Shown here: piece by piece, positions 12,600-24,577 of the stretch
How the letters are laid out: every line of letters begins with the position of its first letter
Position numbering within the stretch: the first letter of the stretch is position 1
NCBI GenBank assembly: GCA_008632985.1
Contig: QPGO01000222.1
Coordinates: forward strand, 1-64,000
DNA length: 64,000 nucleotides
Reading direction: 5' to 3'
Source of the DNA: Psammoneis japonica
Taxonomy: Eukaryota
The notes under the pieces: generated by a model
Database searches by the model: none
The model's input: only the letters and a program-made list of their open reading frames with translations
Told to the model about the DNA's origin: nothing
Program-made: the position numbers and the translations under genes

Positions 12600-15500
12600 G
12601 TCGTTGAATCTGCGACCCCAGTCATCTTCGATGGACTGGACCTTTCATGCTGGAACCAAAAACTGCATTGTTTCCTTTCTCTGCACTTGACTGGAGGCAG
12701 TCAATCTGGTGGAGCAAGATGATGACATGCTGGACATAGATGGTCATGGTGAAAACTCACTCCTCTCTTGTGGATGTTTGCACAATGCAGATGTGTTTTC
12801 ATCCCAGGTGAGAAACGCGCATGCGGAGGTGAGACGTTTCGTCTGTCCCTTTTCCGTCGCCGTGCTTTTTGTGCGAGCAAATCTGACTGGACTTTCCCCC
12901 GATTTTTCGTTTCTTCTTTCCACAGCCATGTTTGTTTTGAAAAGCCAGCCGTTGTTCTCATTGGTTGAAGGGTGCGCACAAGAAAAGCGCTGTCTCGAAA
13001 GCGGCATTTTTTGGAGTGAAGCTGACAGCTGTCTGCTCGTTGTTGTCATTCTGGTGCATTTGAGAGACCACTCTGCTGTTTCTTTCACCGAATCTGGCTG
13101 CTTTGAAAGAATGTGCGCATTGTTCATTGTACAAAGAGCTCATGCCAAAAAAGAACGGCATTCTAACTCTGTTGTTTGCACAAGAAAAATCGGGGGAACT
13201 GACTTCGCACATGATTTTTTTGCGCGATCGGCCATTTCAAAGATCGACTGATTTGTCGACCTGTGTGGGATGCTTGAGTGAACAAAACAACAGGATTGAA
13301 ACAGCAGCATCAAAGTTCAATGTGTGTCCAGATGTCATGTGATTTGATGTGCCCAAGCAGAGTTAAAGATGAAATGTTGACAAAATTTCACCGCTCAAAA
13401 TGACTGGTTCTATCTTAGAATAAAACAAAATGGCCGCAACACTGAGATTTCTGCTTTACAATGATGAAACTGTCACACTTGCATCTGAGATTCTTCACCC
13501 TTGCACACCCTCAAAACCAAACACATGACGATTCTCTTGTCGGCAGCGAAATCTGATGTTGTCGCGCGACCCAAAAGCATCATCCATGACGACTCAAAGT
13601 GCGGACGACACATCACAAGAATCACAGCAACGTGCCACAGAAACATTCTTCGTTGTCAGCATCCAGTGTCAAGCAGATGGAGCAGCGCGTTGATGAGAAT
13701 CCTGCTTCGCAAGCTGAGGAAGAGAGAAAGAGGCATCAAAAATGTCATGAGTCAAAAGGCCATCCACAAGGCACAACAAAAAACAAAGATCAAATTTTCA
13801 ACCACATCATCGCACTGAGCGTTGTCTCATTAACCTGTCTCGGCATTCTTGCCTTCTCAGTCACAACATCCGTTGGTGTGAGAATGGACGAGTTCATGGC
13901 GACGGCATGGTGCCATTTTCGGTTTGCGCGAATTGTGGTTTGTGGTTCGCGACATGGAAAAATACATTTTTACTGTCATGGAGCTCGTTTTTTACTGAGA
14001 TTTTTGGCACTAAATGTACGTCTCATGTAGAAACACGTAGAAAACCTCGTGATGTGTCCAAAAGTTTCTCACAGGGACACAACCATGTCCCTGGTTTCTC
14101 ACCTGGGATGAAAACACATCTGCAACATGTGTGTGAAAAATCAAAAGATGCACTTTCAGCTTAAATTTGCTTCATTCCAGATCCCCTTTCTGGCTCCCGG
14201 CATCATGAAAAGGCCCACACAATCAACAGGAGAAAAATGCTCCTGCTGCATCTTTGGCCTTTCTGTGACATCACAAAATCATTGCAGACATGTTGATGTT
14301 GCTGCGCTGTCTCCAACATTTTCACACTTGTTAAAATTCAGCAGATGAGTTCACAATTGTTGTTTTGTGCGAGACTGATGAGACCTGTCTAAGAGCTGAG
14401 TCCATCTGAAGCAAGGCCATTGTGTGGGACTTGTTTCCGCACAATTGTGCAAGACTTTTTGTTTTTTGTTTTGCAGCCAGTTTCCCATGAAACACTTCTT
14501 GTTGCAAGCATTTGTGAGCAAGATGTTCCAAATGCATCTGGAACAAAACAGTCACAACTTTCACTGAGCAATCATTTGACCCACCAAACTGTCTCTCCTG
14601 TGGCCCCAATTGTCTTGAATTGTCAGGCTGACAGCTCAAAAAGACACAAACACACACACAGGAGGAAGAAACAAAGGGGGGGAGCAACATCTTTGCAGCA
14701 TTTGGTTGAAAACAGCAGTGACAACATCAGGCAATTTGCATGGTGACAGAGTGATGACAACAGGAATCAGGAACCATGCATCACTGGGGTTGTTGCTGGC
14801 AGCAGGGAAAGCCAGGGATGACACAAAACAGATGAGCGTGCATTGCCAGCAGCGTGTCAGCAACAAGTTTGGGGGGAACTGGACCCAGCAACAAGAGGGC
14901 AGTTGCTCCAGCAGCAAGCAGTGTGCGACACTCAGGCAGAACTGCTTCTTTGTGCCAGCAACAACTGGTGTGCTGGGGCATCAGCAGCATGGGTGCAGGC
15001 ATGCTCAGACACATTGCCAGAGTTGCAAGGAATGTGACTGCCCAAAATTTGCACCAGCAAACTTGCACAACTGCTGGTGTTCTCACAAGCTTTGCACTGG
15101 CTGCCTCCAGCTGCTCCTTGTGCAGTGTGCTGGCATCCCACAGAACCTGGGTTGTTTGTCAAATGACCAGACTGGACTTGCACAGGTGCTTTTTAACTCT
15201 CAATGAAAAAGAAAGCACTGTGTTGAGGTGGTTTGGACAATGTGCACAAAATGGGTGCCCACATGTGCCTCAAGCCCCCCCCGCTGTGCTGGCAATGCAC
15301 ATCATGGCTTCATTGCTTCGCTCACATCTGTTTCATTTCAGGATTGTGGGCATGACATCAGTGTTCATTGTGTCCCATGTCTCAACAATGGTTGAGCCTC
15401 TGCAAGATTTTCCACAAAGTCACCACACCAAAAGGTGTGGGCATGCACAGCTGTCTTGTGTGGAGTGAAACATTTTCTGAGTGTGCATGACCAATGCAAT

Positions 15501-18500
15501 TGCTGCACAGTGCCACCAGGTGCACACTCTCCTGTTTCAACTGGCCCAGAAAATGAGATGCAGACAAGTGCCACATGTTTGTGAAGCAACAAGTTTCTTT
15601 TTTGAGGCACTGTTTGCTCCCAATGCCATGGCTCTAACAAGAGCATACAGAGATGCAAAAAGGCACTCACAATGGGAGATGCAATGGTGGTGGGTGTCAC
15701 AAGTTGCCACACAACTGGTGCATGCATTGCAATCATGGCCATTGCAGCTGCAATGGCATGCTGGCATTTAGGATTTGACACAAATTCTGGAAACTGGAAG
15801 CTGACTTGACTTTTTCATCCTCAATTGTGCGCGTCAATCTCAAATTTGTTTTTGGAAGTGCTGCAGTGGTGACAATGTGTCATCTGACACTTGGTTCCTT
15901 TTCTAAATTGTTGTGCAATGCCCAATGAGTTTGCATTGTGCAGTGGACTCCTCTGTCCTCTTTGGTGTCCTCAGACTCATTTTTTAGACACAAGACACCA
16001 CCACTCAGGTTCATCACACATGCAACCCTCCACCATGATCAACACAACACCTCCTGGTCTTGTTCCAGCTTTGCAGACTTGTTAAAAGCACATGTCACGA
16101 GTGAACAGATGAGCCATTGAGCACTTGATGGAAGGCATTTGAGGATTGAAAAAAACACCAAAAGTCTGGTTTTTAAGTGCTGCTGTGCTTCCACCCCACA
16201 ACTCTGACAACAAGCTGACCCACACCCCCAGCACACAAACAGTGCAGCAGGAGCATGAGAGACAACTTGCCAGATTTGGCATCACCAGTGGGCAGTGCAC
16301 TGAAACAACTTGCAATTGTCCTTGTGCATCTGGCAGCCAAACATTTGGCTTCTTTGATGCCAGACTTGAACATGGGTTTGACCATGGCCAACCAACTGCA
16401 AAGACAGTGAGCAGAGTGGTTGCTGTGTTTTTCAACCAAATCCATGAGATGCACTCTGTCCTTTGCCAGGCAGTCATCCATTTGTGAATGAAAAGCTTTC
16501 ACTTCCACCTCTGCATCATGATGCTGCAAAGACTTCCTCATTTCAGAATCATGGCCATGTGCAGCACAGTCATGGGAATCCCACAACTCCCGCCAATGCT
16601 CCCAAGTGCAATTGCCCACAGTGGCAGTGGCAGCATGCATTTCTTGTGGATTCAGTGTGTGCATCTGTGTTGGCATTGCCAGAGGTCAATCACAACCAGT
16701 TGCAAGCACAACCAACCTTGTCACTTGCTTTGAATGACTCCTCTTTGTCCAAATCCTCAGTGCCCAACAACAGATTGGACAAACCAAACTGGGCTTTCTT
16801 TTGCACCATGGAGCCAGATGCCAATGGCAACATGTCAAGAAAGAAAAAGAAGAAAAGTCACCGCTGTGACACTTGCTCCCAATGTCTTGGATTGCTGTCC
16901 CAAGAGTCAAGATGATGTGGGCCGGAGCTCCCAAAGCACATTCATTCTTTTTGCTTTCCAAATGAATGCAATGAGTCTCCAGACAAAATGTTGCAAGCAT
17001 TGTGGACCATGGTGTTGACGTTGAGCAAGGAGCATCACTTGTGTGCGCTGCCATTCTTGCAAGAACATGGAGGTGCAAGCCATGCATCACAGTCACATGA
17101 CAAGAAGTGTCTGATGAAAAAGCCAAAACAAGGCACTGTGCATTGGCCAAAATGTCTGGTGTGACACTTTTGCATTGCTCACACTTTCATGGTTTTTGAG
17201 TGTGTTTTTGCAGCAACTGCACAACCTGGCTGCAAGAAATGAAGAGTCACCACTTCCATTGGAATGGCACATTGCATGCTTCTTTTGTCAAGACATTCTG
17301 CCCCCATCTCTTGCCACACATGCAGAATGCCTTCAGGTGCCACTCAAGAACAATGCAGTGGCTTCATTGTGGCTGCTGTTTTCTGCTGTTTTGAGCTTGT
17401 CAAACATCTTGGCAATTTGGGGGACACTGCTTCAAGAAGAATGCATTGGCTTGTGCTCACAGTGTTGATCTTCACTCCTCCCACCCATGACCAAAGCCTT
17501 GTCAAGTCTGCTTGCCCCATTTGAGTTGCAAGGATTGCACATCCCAGTGTTGCCATCACAAATGAAATTGGGTGGTCTTTCTTGATGCAGCTGCTCCACG
17601 CATGGCAGGCATTGATGGTTGATGGGGTGATGCACCTTTTCTGGTTTTTTGCACAAGACAATGAGACATGGTTGCACACTGTCTTTTGGGGTTGTTCTTG
17701 TTGCTGTTTGCACCCCACAAGACACATGTGGGAGCCAATGGAGAATTTGATTTAGGAGGCTTTGACAAGTCAATGCCAAGTCTCTCAAAAGCAGGTGTGC
17801 AGCTCTTGCCAGCAAAGCCAGAAACTCCATCATTCAAAGGCTTCCTCATTGCAATGGGGTCAAATGAGCCAAATGGAGCAGCCTGTTTGTTTGACCAACA
17901 CACTGGTTTTCAAAAGGAAAATGACACATTGTTCAACTCGTTGGCAAGAAAATGCACTGAGAAACCATCCCTGCATTGCCCTTGCTTTGTGGAGCAGGGA
18001 CAGGCTAAATGCATCACTGTGCAAGCTGGACATTGCAGCTGAGGGGTTTGCAGTGGAAGCCCCTGTCACCACACAAATGGCTTTCTCTTGGCACATTGAA
18101 ACAAGATGAATCACTGCACAGCAGTCTAAGAGCTTGTGGCCCTGTCAATGCCAAAGACATCTCACTTTGCTTGGTGCTTCATTGTGCTGGTCAACAAGCC
18201 CACAATGCATGTCTGCCAATGTGCAACATGGGGAAAGTGCACTGAATGTTTCGTGCATCAGTGGTGAGGGGAGTGGGCTCTGTGGAAGCAATGCTGAATT
18301 CCATTGTGGAGAATGGCTCCAAAAAAGACAATGTTCATTGTGAACAAACCCAACATCAGTTTTGGCCTCTGATGTTTCCACCAGGATGGAGCCAAACACT
18401 CTGTGAGCAGCCAAATGAAAGAGCATGCAAACATTTTGTGAAGTCAAAAATGATGAGTTGGGCTCATTGGATTTTCTGTGAGATTCTCTGGCACAGTTTT

Positions 18501-19350
18501 TGCACATTGATGAATGATGCCTGATGCAACAACAAGTGGCCATCATCTTGCTTGCCACACAATTTCAAGTTTTGTTGCAACAAACACTGTTGTTGCCAAG
18601 AATCTGTCCTCGTTGATGCTGCCCCCCCCCCCCCCCCCACCCCCTGACAGGCCCCAGTGTGTGNNNNNNNNNNNNNNNNNNNNNNNNNNNNNNNNNNNNN
18701 NNNNNNNNNNNNNNNNNNNNNNNNNNNNNNTGATTGATGAAAGGAGCAAGCTCTTGCCACTTGCTTTTGTCTCCCATGACAGCAATCTTCAGAAGATTCA
18801 CATGTTGGTCCACAATTTTTCAAAAGCTTTTCCATGAAGCCTTGTGGCTTTTGTTGCCTTGCAAGGTCACCACCGCTGCATGCCAAATTTCCCTCTTGCT
18901 GGGAATTTTGGATGCTTCAGAGAAAAAATGAGCAGAATCTGAAGGACGTGTCAATTTGGCCAATGAGATGCACAGGGACACAAAACAGAAGAGGTGATGA
19001 GCATTGGAGACAAGGTCAATTTTTTTAAAATCTTGGTGCTTTTGGTGGCACTGGCAACATGATGAACTTCGGCTCCATGTGTTGCATCTTGCATCTTGTT
19101 TCAGCAGGTGAGGGCTGTGTTTGGAATGTTTCTTCAACTGTTCATTTGTTTCACCATGACATCTTTGCTCATGCCCATGATCTGCAGTTCAGTCAGCCAA
19201 GCATCAGCACTTGCCCAATGCCTGATGAGAGACGATGTGTTGCACCTGGTTGTCACGTCGTTGAAGAGTGCTTGGTGAATGGTGCATTGTTTTGGTGCCA
19301 TTTTATGAAATCCACTGCATGCAATGCACAAACCTGTTTATTGGCATACA
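12600..19350. repeat. TpA-depleted tract; CpG retained to ~14100 and also depleted beyond
   Basis: Dinucleotide composition by eye; dense spurious Cys/His-rich ORFs. Confidence 0.8.
12788..14122. mobile_element. Non-autonomous Tc1/mariner-like TIR element (~1.34 kb)
   Basis: Perfect 29-bp TIRs: CAGATGTGTTTTCATCCCAGGTGAGAAAC (12788-12816) and its reverse complement (14094-14122). Ends are CAG...CTG, flanked by TG (left) and CA (right), the expected mutation products of a TA target-site duplication. Confidence 0.8.
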
Positions 19351-19599
19351 TGTAAAGCCAAAGAACCAGTTACATGTTGCAAATGTGCTGGCTAGAGCAC
19401 AAGTTGTTTACGTTTTAATGTGTCATCGTCGCTTTGGCGGCAATCTTTTTCCGCGGTGCACCGTTGTCACAATTCATCGGTGAATCACGAATGTTTCGCG
19501 CAGGCGGGACTGACAACTTCATGAGAAGTGATAAGTGAGAAGTGAGAAGAAGCGAGAGGCGCCGAGAGGCAGATTGAAGCTGATGAGAAGATTGTCACC

Positions 19600-20205
19600 A
19601 TGAGAAGCGTAAAAGCGGCCTTCGTATCGGGTCCATTCCTACTTAACGCCGCGCCAAGGTCACTTCTATTCGCCAACAAAAGGAATATAGCAATGAAAGC
19701 CTCAGAGGACATTGTCGACATTCTAGGCTTCGACAAAAAGCAGCGACCGAGAGCGGTCTTCTTTTATGATGGAGGATGCGGTGTGTGAAAGTACTGTGTG
19801 GCGTTTGTCTCCGACAGGGACACTTCTGATCATCTTCGATTTAGTCCTATTCAAACCGACTTTGCGCAGGATGTCTGCAAGGCATATGACATGCCTGCTG
19901 ACTTGTCGACCGCGGTGTTGATTGATGAGAAAGGCGCCCACTCAAATTCTGATTCCGTCCTCCGTATGTTCCCCTTTATGGGATTTCCGTATTCCTTGCT
20001 GGGTCCTGCTGCGCTACTGCTCGTTCCAGCATTTATTCGAGACTTTTGCTATCGCACATTTGCCCAGAATAGAGGCAAAATATGGAGAAACGTAAAAAAA
20101 ATTACTGGAATTGGGGACACCGAACTTGACAAGTACAAGGACCGCATCGTTGGTGTGCAAGACCCAGTGGACCCTAGTTGGGGCTTTCGAACAAGAATGG
20201 AGTAG
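19600..20205 (+). CDS. DCC1-like (DUF393) thiol-disulfide oxidoreductase with in-frame TGA at the CxxC position; candidate selenoprotein, 201 aa
   Basis: ORFs 19600-19788 and 19798-20205 share a frame. Read through, they give FFYDGGCGV-(TGA)-KYCVAFVSDRD..LRFSPIQ..STAVLID..SDSVLR..LVPAFIRDFCYRTFAQNRGKIW, the DUF393 pattern. Confidence 0.85.
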
Positions 20206-20481
20206 TCTGCTTCGCGGCTTTTGAGTAAAGTTCTGATATGAGAATGAATTTCGCGTTTCGTGATGTGATTGCACATGTGGACACGAGATGACATCATACA
20301 GGATCCTAGTAGTACAATAGCTTGAAGCGGCTAGTAGAGAGCAGATCTGACAAATGTCCGCCCTGGGTTCATTGAAAAGCAACCGTCTTTAAACTAGCAT
20401 TGTTTTTTCGTCGTAGGATTGTGATTGTCCGGGTTCATGATAAGCATCAATGCTGTCCGACGCTTTAGAAATCATGAGAGC

Positions 20482-21506
20482 CTATCTGTGCTTATCCAGT
20501 ACTCCCTTGTTTCCCATAATGTCACTGAGACGGCCCCGCCTTTGCTCCTGTGGCTGCTCGATTGGCAGGTTTCGTCCTGAACCATATCCACCGTGATGGT
20601 CGGTTGGGTCAAGCTCGTGCGCAAGAGCACCTTGTGCCTTCTCCAAGCGATGTTTCTCTCTGTTGGCCTCCATCTCTTTACGCAGCCACGCTTCGGCAAT
20701 GGCCAACATTTTAGCAGGGTGTTTCTTCTCCACAAGCTCCTGGTAAAGCTTCAAGTCTTTCATCTTGCCGTTCCAGCCACAACGACCTTCTGATGTCAAG
20801 AAAAACAAATCGGTAGCCCAGTCATCGAGACCATCAAAGATATGCGTGGCATACAAATCGTGGCTCCTCGAACATCCGACTCACGAACGAGCCAACGCAA
20901 CAAATCCTGTCGAACGCAAACATCCATGCTTGTCGTAACTTCATCCAAAAGAAGGATTTTAAAGGGGCGAATCAAGCCAAGCAGCAGCTGAACACGCCGC
21001 CTTTGTCCATCGCTTAGTTGGTGCATGCGCCAATGCAAGTCTATTCCAAGCATTTCCACCAACTCGTCTCGGCGTTCCGGATAGGACTCTTGGAGGCGCT
21101 GCATCATTTCGCAAACAGCAATATCGGCCTGCAACGGAACGGCTGCGCCGGCAAAAGCAACAGTGCGCATACCCCAATCACAATCTAAGTAGGCACGGTG
21201 GAAATTGAGCTTTGTGTCACGAAACGCGTTCAATCCCAAGACGCGAACGTCGCTGGTTGGAGGAAACAAGTGTCGACCACTGAGAATGCGCAAAAGAGTC
21301 GACTTGCCACTGCCGTTTGCTCCAATCAATAAACAACGAGATCCTGTCGGAAGATCAAGGTTCAAGTCGTCCAAAATCGTTTCACCTTTTTGAGATTGAG
21401 ATACATCATACGAAAACGTCAAGTTTTTCACTTCAATCGCATTGGGTCCGTAGGGTTCGATCTTTGGAAGGGGCTTAGGGGGCGGGAACTTTCTTTGATT
21501 CGTCAT
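20482..21506 (-). CDS. Soluble ABC ATPase, CAF16/ABCI-like (1-nt frameshift near 20855)
   Basis: Walker A GANGSGKST, signature LSDGQRRR, Walker B LLLDE and YATHIFDGL. The frameshift is in a T run (ATT-TG-TAT). Confidence 0.88.
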
Positions 21507-22076
21507 GGCTTTTCTTTTGTGTCGATAGTGTGGATTGTGGTGAGTGGTGAGAGATTTTGTGTGGTCAATTCAGTCATGAGTGAGTCAGAAATCCAGCACT
21601 CTGCTTTGAGTCATGCCTATGGCACGTTCTCGTGATTTCGATACATCATTCTACATACAGTTGTATCCATAATGATTCTACATACCTGATGGAACATGTG
21701 CACTTGTACGTCATAACACGGTCATAATGACGTTGTGGGTTAGGCTGTGGTCGCGCTGGTGGCGGGGGTGGCGGGCTTTTTTAGTTCCATCCTGCTTTCA
21801 TTTTCTTCTTATCTTCCGCCCCTTATTACCTTCCCTCATGCCTTGACAGCATCCACGCCACGTCGTTCACTTGCATCTCAACTTCTTCTGGGGGTAAGTA
21901 GGGAGAATGATCGAGCGATAGATCCATCTAAAGGAGCAACAAACAATTCTGATTGATTGCAAACTAAAGACGACAAAGGACGTTGCGTCTTCACCACGAG
22001 AAATCGCTTTCAGCGATCGTATCGCTCAAGAGCTCGATTGAGGTATAGAGAGATCGAGGGAGTGTGTCTAAGAGAG

Positions 22077-23567
22077 ATGAAGCTCACTTCTTTGCTCGAG
22101 CTCCTGTTCGTTGGGGCTTTTACAGCAGCACGGGGTGAATGCCAGGAGCCTACCTGCGATACTTTGCCTCAAATCAATGCCTCCATCGATGTTCAGTCCG
22201 TCTGTGCAGAGATAGAATACGCTGTTTTGGAAGATTTGTTTTCTGATGAGATTGAAGAAGACTCTGATCTGTGTAGAGAAGCACAGCAAGTCTACCATAA
22301 GTGCTTCTGGTGCGCTGAGAATGTGACGGATGAATTTTGCTTTTTCTCGCAGTGTAGCCCGCCTGACACACCGGATGCAAGTGTCAATGTCACAAAGACG
22401 TGCGCCGAGCTTGAGGAGTTGTTCTTGAGAGACGAATGGCCAGCTACAATTGACTTATGCTACCGTGCTGAGCAAGCCTTGTCGAACTGTCCTGATTATT
22501 TAGGTTGCTTTGGCGAATCATATTTGGGCGCAGACACAACTGCAAAGAAGCGAGCACTCATATGGCTTTCCCGCTCGGCTGCAATCCTTTCTTTTTTCGG
22601 GGCATCGTACATTATTTTTCATGTGCTTTCTTCGAAAAAGAACCGCCAAAGCACGTATCATGAAATACTTGGATTCATGGCATGTTTTGATTTGTCCACA
22701 GCTGTTGCCTGGAGTTTTGCCACGGCGCCCATTCCGAAGGGCGATGGAGGCGATCATATCTATGGTGTCAGCGGAAGCGAAGCAACTTGCAAGGCTCAAG
22801 CGTTTTTTGTACAACTGGGACTTACATCAGTATTCTACAATGTATCTCTATCGGCATACTATATCCTTGTGATTTGCCGTCGTTGGAGCGAACACGACCT
22901 AAAAAGAATCAGGATAGTCCTACACGGAATACCGCTTTGTGTCGGCATTGGCTTGGCGTTAGGAGCTCTTTCTCAATACGATTGGGTCGAATATGGGTGT
23001 CACTTCCGACCATACCCAGATGGCAAATTCTGGGTGTCGTTTGTTTTTTTCGTTCTACCGATTTCACTTTCCATTATAACAATCACGGTGAATATGGTGT
23101 TTGTGTATTGCACGGTCCGGGGTCAAGCTCGAGCGACGAGACGTTGGCTTTTCGGTGTGGGTCGCAGTGGAACGTTAGAGCGAGAAGTGTTCTGGCAATG
23201 CCTCTGGTATGTCGTGGCGTTTTACATCACCTGGCCGATACAATTTGCCGTCTACCTGGGTTCGTTAGATTGGGAAAGTTATGCGGTCGCAGCGATCATG
23301 TCTTTTGTTGCTCCGCTACAGGGTTTCAACAACTTTCTGGTGTATGTTCGTCCGCATGTTCGAAACTACAGAAAGAAAAGGAGACGAGCACGCGGGCAGA
23401 GAAGGTCGTCCTCGGAGAGCGGCGAAGCCTCTCGTTTTTGGAAACGAATGCTGTCGATGGTCACGTCACCACCCACAGAAACATCGTCCAATAGCCTGTC
23501 GGAGGCGGGGTCTTCATCTGCATTTCCTGATGATCCATCTGCACAAGTTGCGATTCAAAATGCATGA
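22077..23567 (+). CDS. 7TM GPCR-like receptor (cAMP-receptor/Git3-like) with signal peptide and Cys-rich ectodomain
   Basis: Signal-like MKLTSLLELLFVGAFTAARG, seven hydrophobic segments, and motifs S..GAS.II, CKAQAFF.Q, YN.SLS.YY, Y..AFYITW and PLQGF.NFLVY.RP. Confidence 0.82.
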   Translation: MKLTSLLELLFVGAFTAARGECQEPTCDTLPQINASIDVQSVCAEIEYAVLEDLFSDEIEEDSDLCREAQQVYHKCFWCAENVTDEFCFFSQCSPPDTPDASVNVTKTCAELEELFLRDEWPATIDLCYRAEQALSNCPDYLGCFGESYLGADTTAKKRALIWLSRSAAILSFFGASYIIFHVLSSKKNRQSTYHEILGFMACFDLSTAVAWSFATAPIPKGDGGDHIYGVSGSEATCKAQAFFVQLGLTSVFYNVSLSAYYILVICRRWSEHDLKRIRIVLHGIPLCVGIGLALGALSQYDWVEYGCHFRPYPDGKFWVSFVFFVLPISLSIITITVNMVFVYCTVRGQARATRRWLFGVGRSGTLEREVFWQCLWYVVAFYITWPIQFAVYLGSLDWESYAVAAIMSFVAPLQGFNNFLVYVRPHVRNYRKKRRRARGQRRSSSESGEASRFWKRMLSMVTSPPTETSSNSLSEAGSSSAFPDDPSAQVAIQNA

Positions 23568-23881
23568 AGGACCCTAAAGAAAACGGTGCAACGCCGACAG
23601 TTTCAGGAGGACTTTCGCGGAGAACGACTACCTTCGAGTGCGTTGAAACATATCATGACATTTTAAGAATGTTAAGAGATGAAATACCAAAGGACCCAGC
23701 TTGTCTAAAAAGCAAGGTCGAACAATGAAGATCAAATTGACTTGATCTTTCGAGGCGTGGTCAAGCACATGCAAACTCTGCCTTAGCTAGAACATATCTG
23801 ACTTTATATATTCTGAAGACACCGTATGTATGGATGACACCTCACACTGTCACAACACTGAAGGGTACCTAGCAGTAGGTT

Positions 23882-24577
23882 TTAAGCCTTTAGAGAAGAC
23901 AAACCCATTGTCTCCTCCAACACGACAACGCGATCCACTATCGAAGAGTCGGGCGTGGGAACCAATCCAAGCTGTTTCTCAAAATATTCGATGCGTTCAA
24001 AGAGTAAACTTTCTTTGGAAACAGAGAGCCCTGATTCTTTCTCAATACGATCAAGCCGCTGTTTGATGGAACGCTGAACCGGAGTGACTTTCGGTAACTT
24101 AGCGGAGGTAAGGTTAGTATGCTTTTCCTCGACGGCTGATGCCCTATCGACTTTTGAATTTGGATTCCTGCCACTCCGTTCAAGAATGCGCTCCACTGTG
24201 TGTCCATCTCTTTCAAACTGCTCATACATATCTTTGTAGGAGGTGAACATGTTGACGTTTACAACTTCATCTTTTTTGGTAACACCTGGGGCACGATAAA
24301 CATAGCCATCACCTCGCCTCTGCCACTTCCAACCTGCCGGCTGTAGATCCCCTAACCAGATGTTGGTTCCTTTTTGCTCTTTTTCGATATCCAACTCTTC
24401 CTTTGCGTTCCTCTTCACGTATCCCGGTTGCCAAAGACCAAAACACTCGTTCTTACACACTTCGACAAAGTCAGGCTTGTTCGAGGCGCGGCCACTACGA
24501 CGGGGCATTTTGAAATTTTGATTACCGGTAACGGCGTCACCGGAGCGCTTCTTGGAATTCGCAGGAAAGGGAGGCAT
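23882..24577 (-). CDS. Hypothetical protein, 231 aa (GWKW..Y.Y.APG domain; C-terminal R(L/I)xx(I/F/L)E..G repeats)
   Basis: Uninterrupted ATG-initiated ORF with normal composition. Confidence 0.6.
   Translation of the reverse strand: MPPFPANSKKRSGDAVTGNQNFKMPRRSGRASNKPDFVEVCKNECFGLWQPGYVKRNAKEELDIEKEQKGTNIWLGDLQPAGWKWQRRGDGYVYRAPGVTKKDEVVNVNMFTSYKDMYEQFERDGHTVERILERSGRNPNSKVDRASAVEEKHTNLTSAKLPKVTPVQRSIKQRLDRIEKESGLSVSKESLLFERIEYFEKQLGLVPTPDSSIVDRVVVLEETMGLSSLKA

Noticed and set aside
14130..19350. Numerous 60-200 aa Cys/His/Gln-rich ORFs in all six frames (also 1-1400 and 41600-51100)
   Set aside because: They are a by-product of TpA loss, which removes TAA/TAG stops and Tyr codons. No family motifs are recognisable apart from the MULE relic.
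20206..20470. Candidate SECIS hairpins downstream of the DCC1-like gene
   Set aside because: Several RTGA cores and weak stems are present, but none gave a clean UGAN/NGAN quartet with correctly spaced apical AA by eye. This needs a covariance-model search.
21957..22076. Upstream extensions of ORF-track calls from non-ATG starts (also 28114-28323, 30448-30486, 55725-55862)
   Set aside because: In a eukaryote the downstream ATGs give more plausible N-termini.
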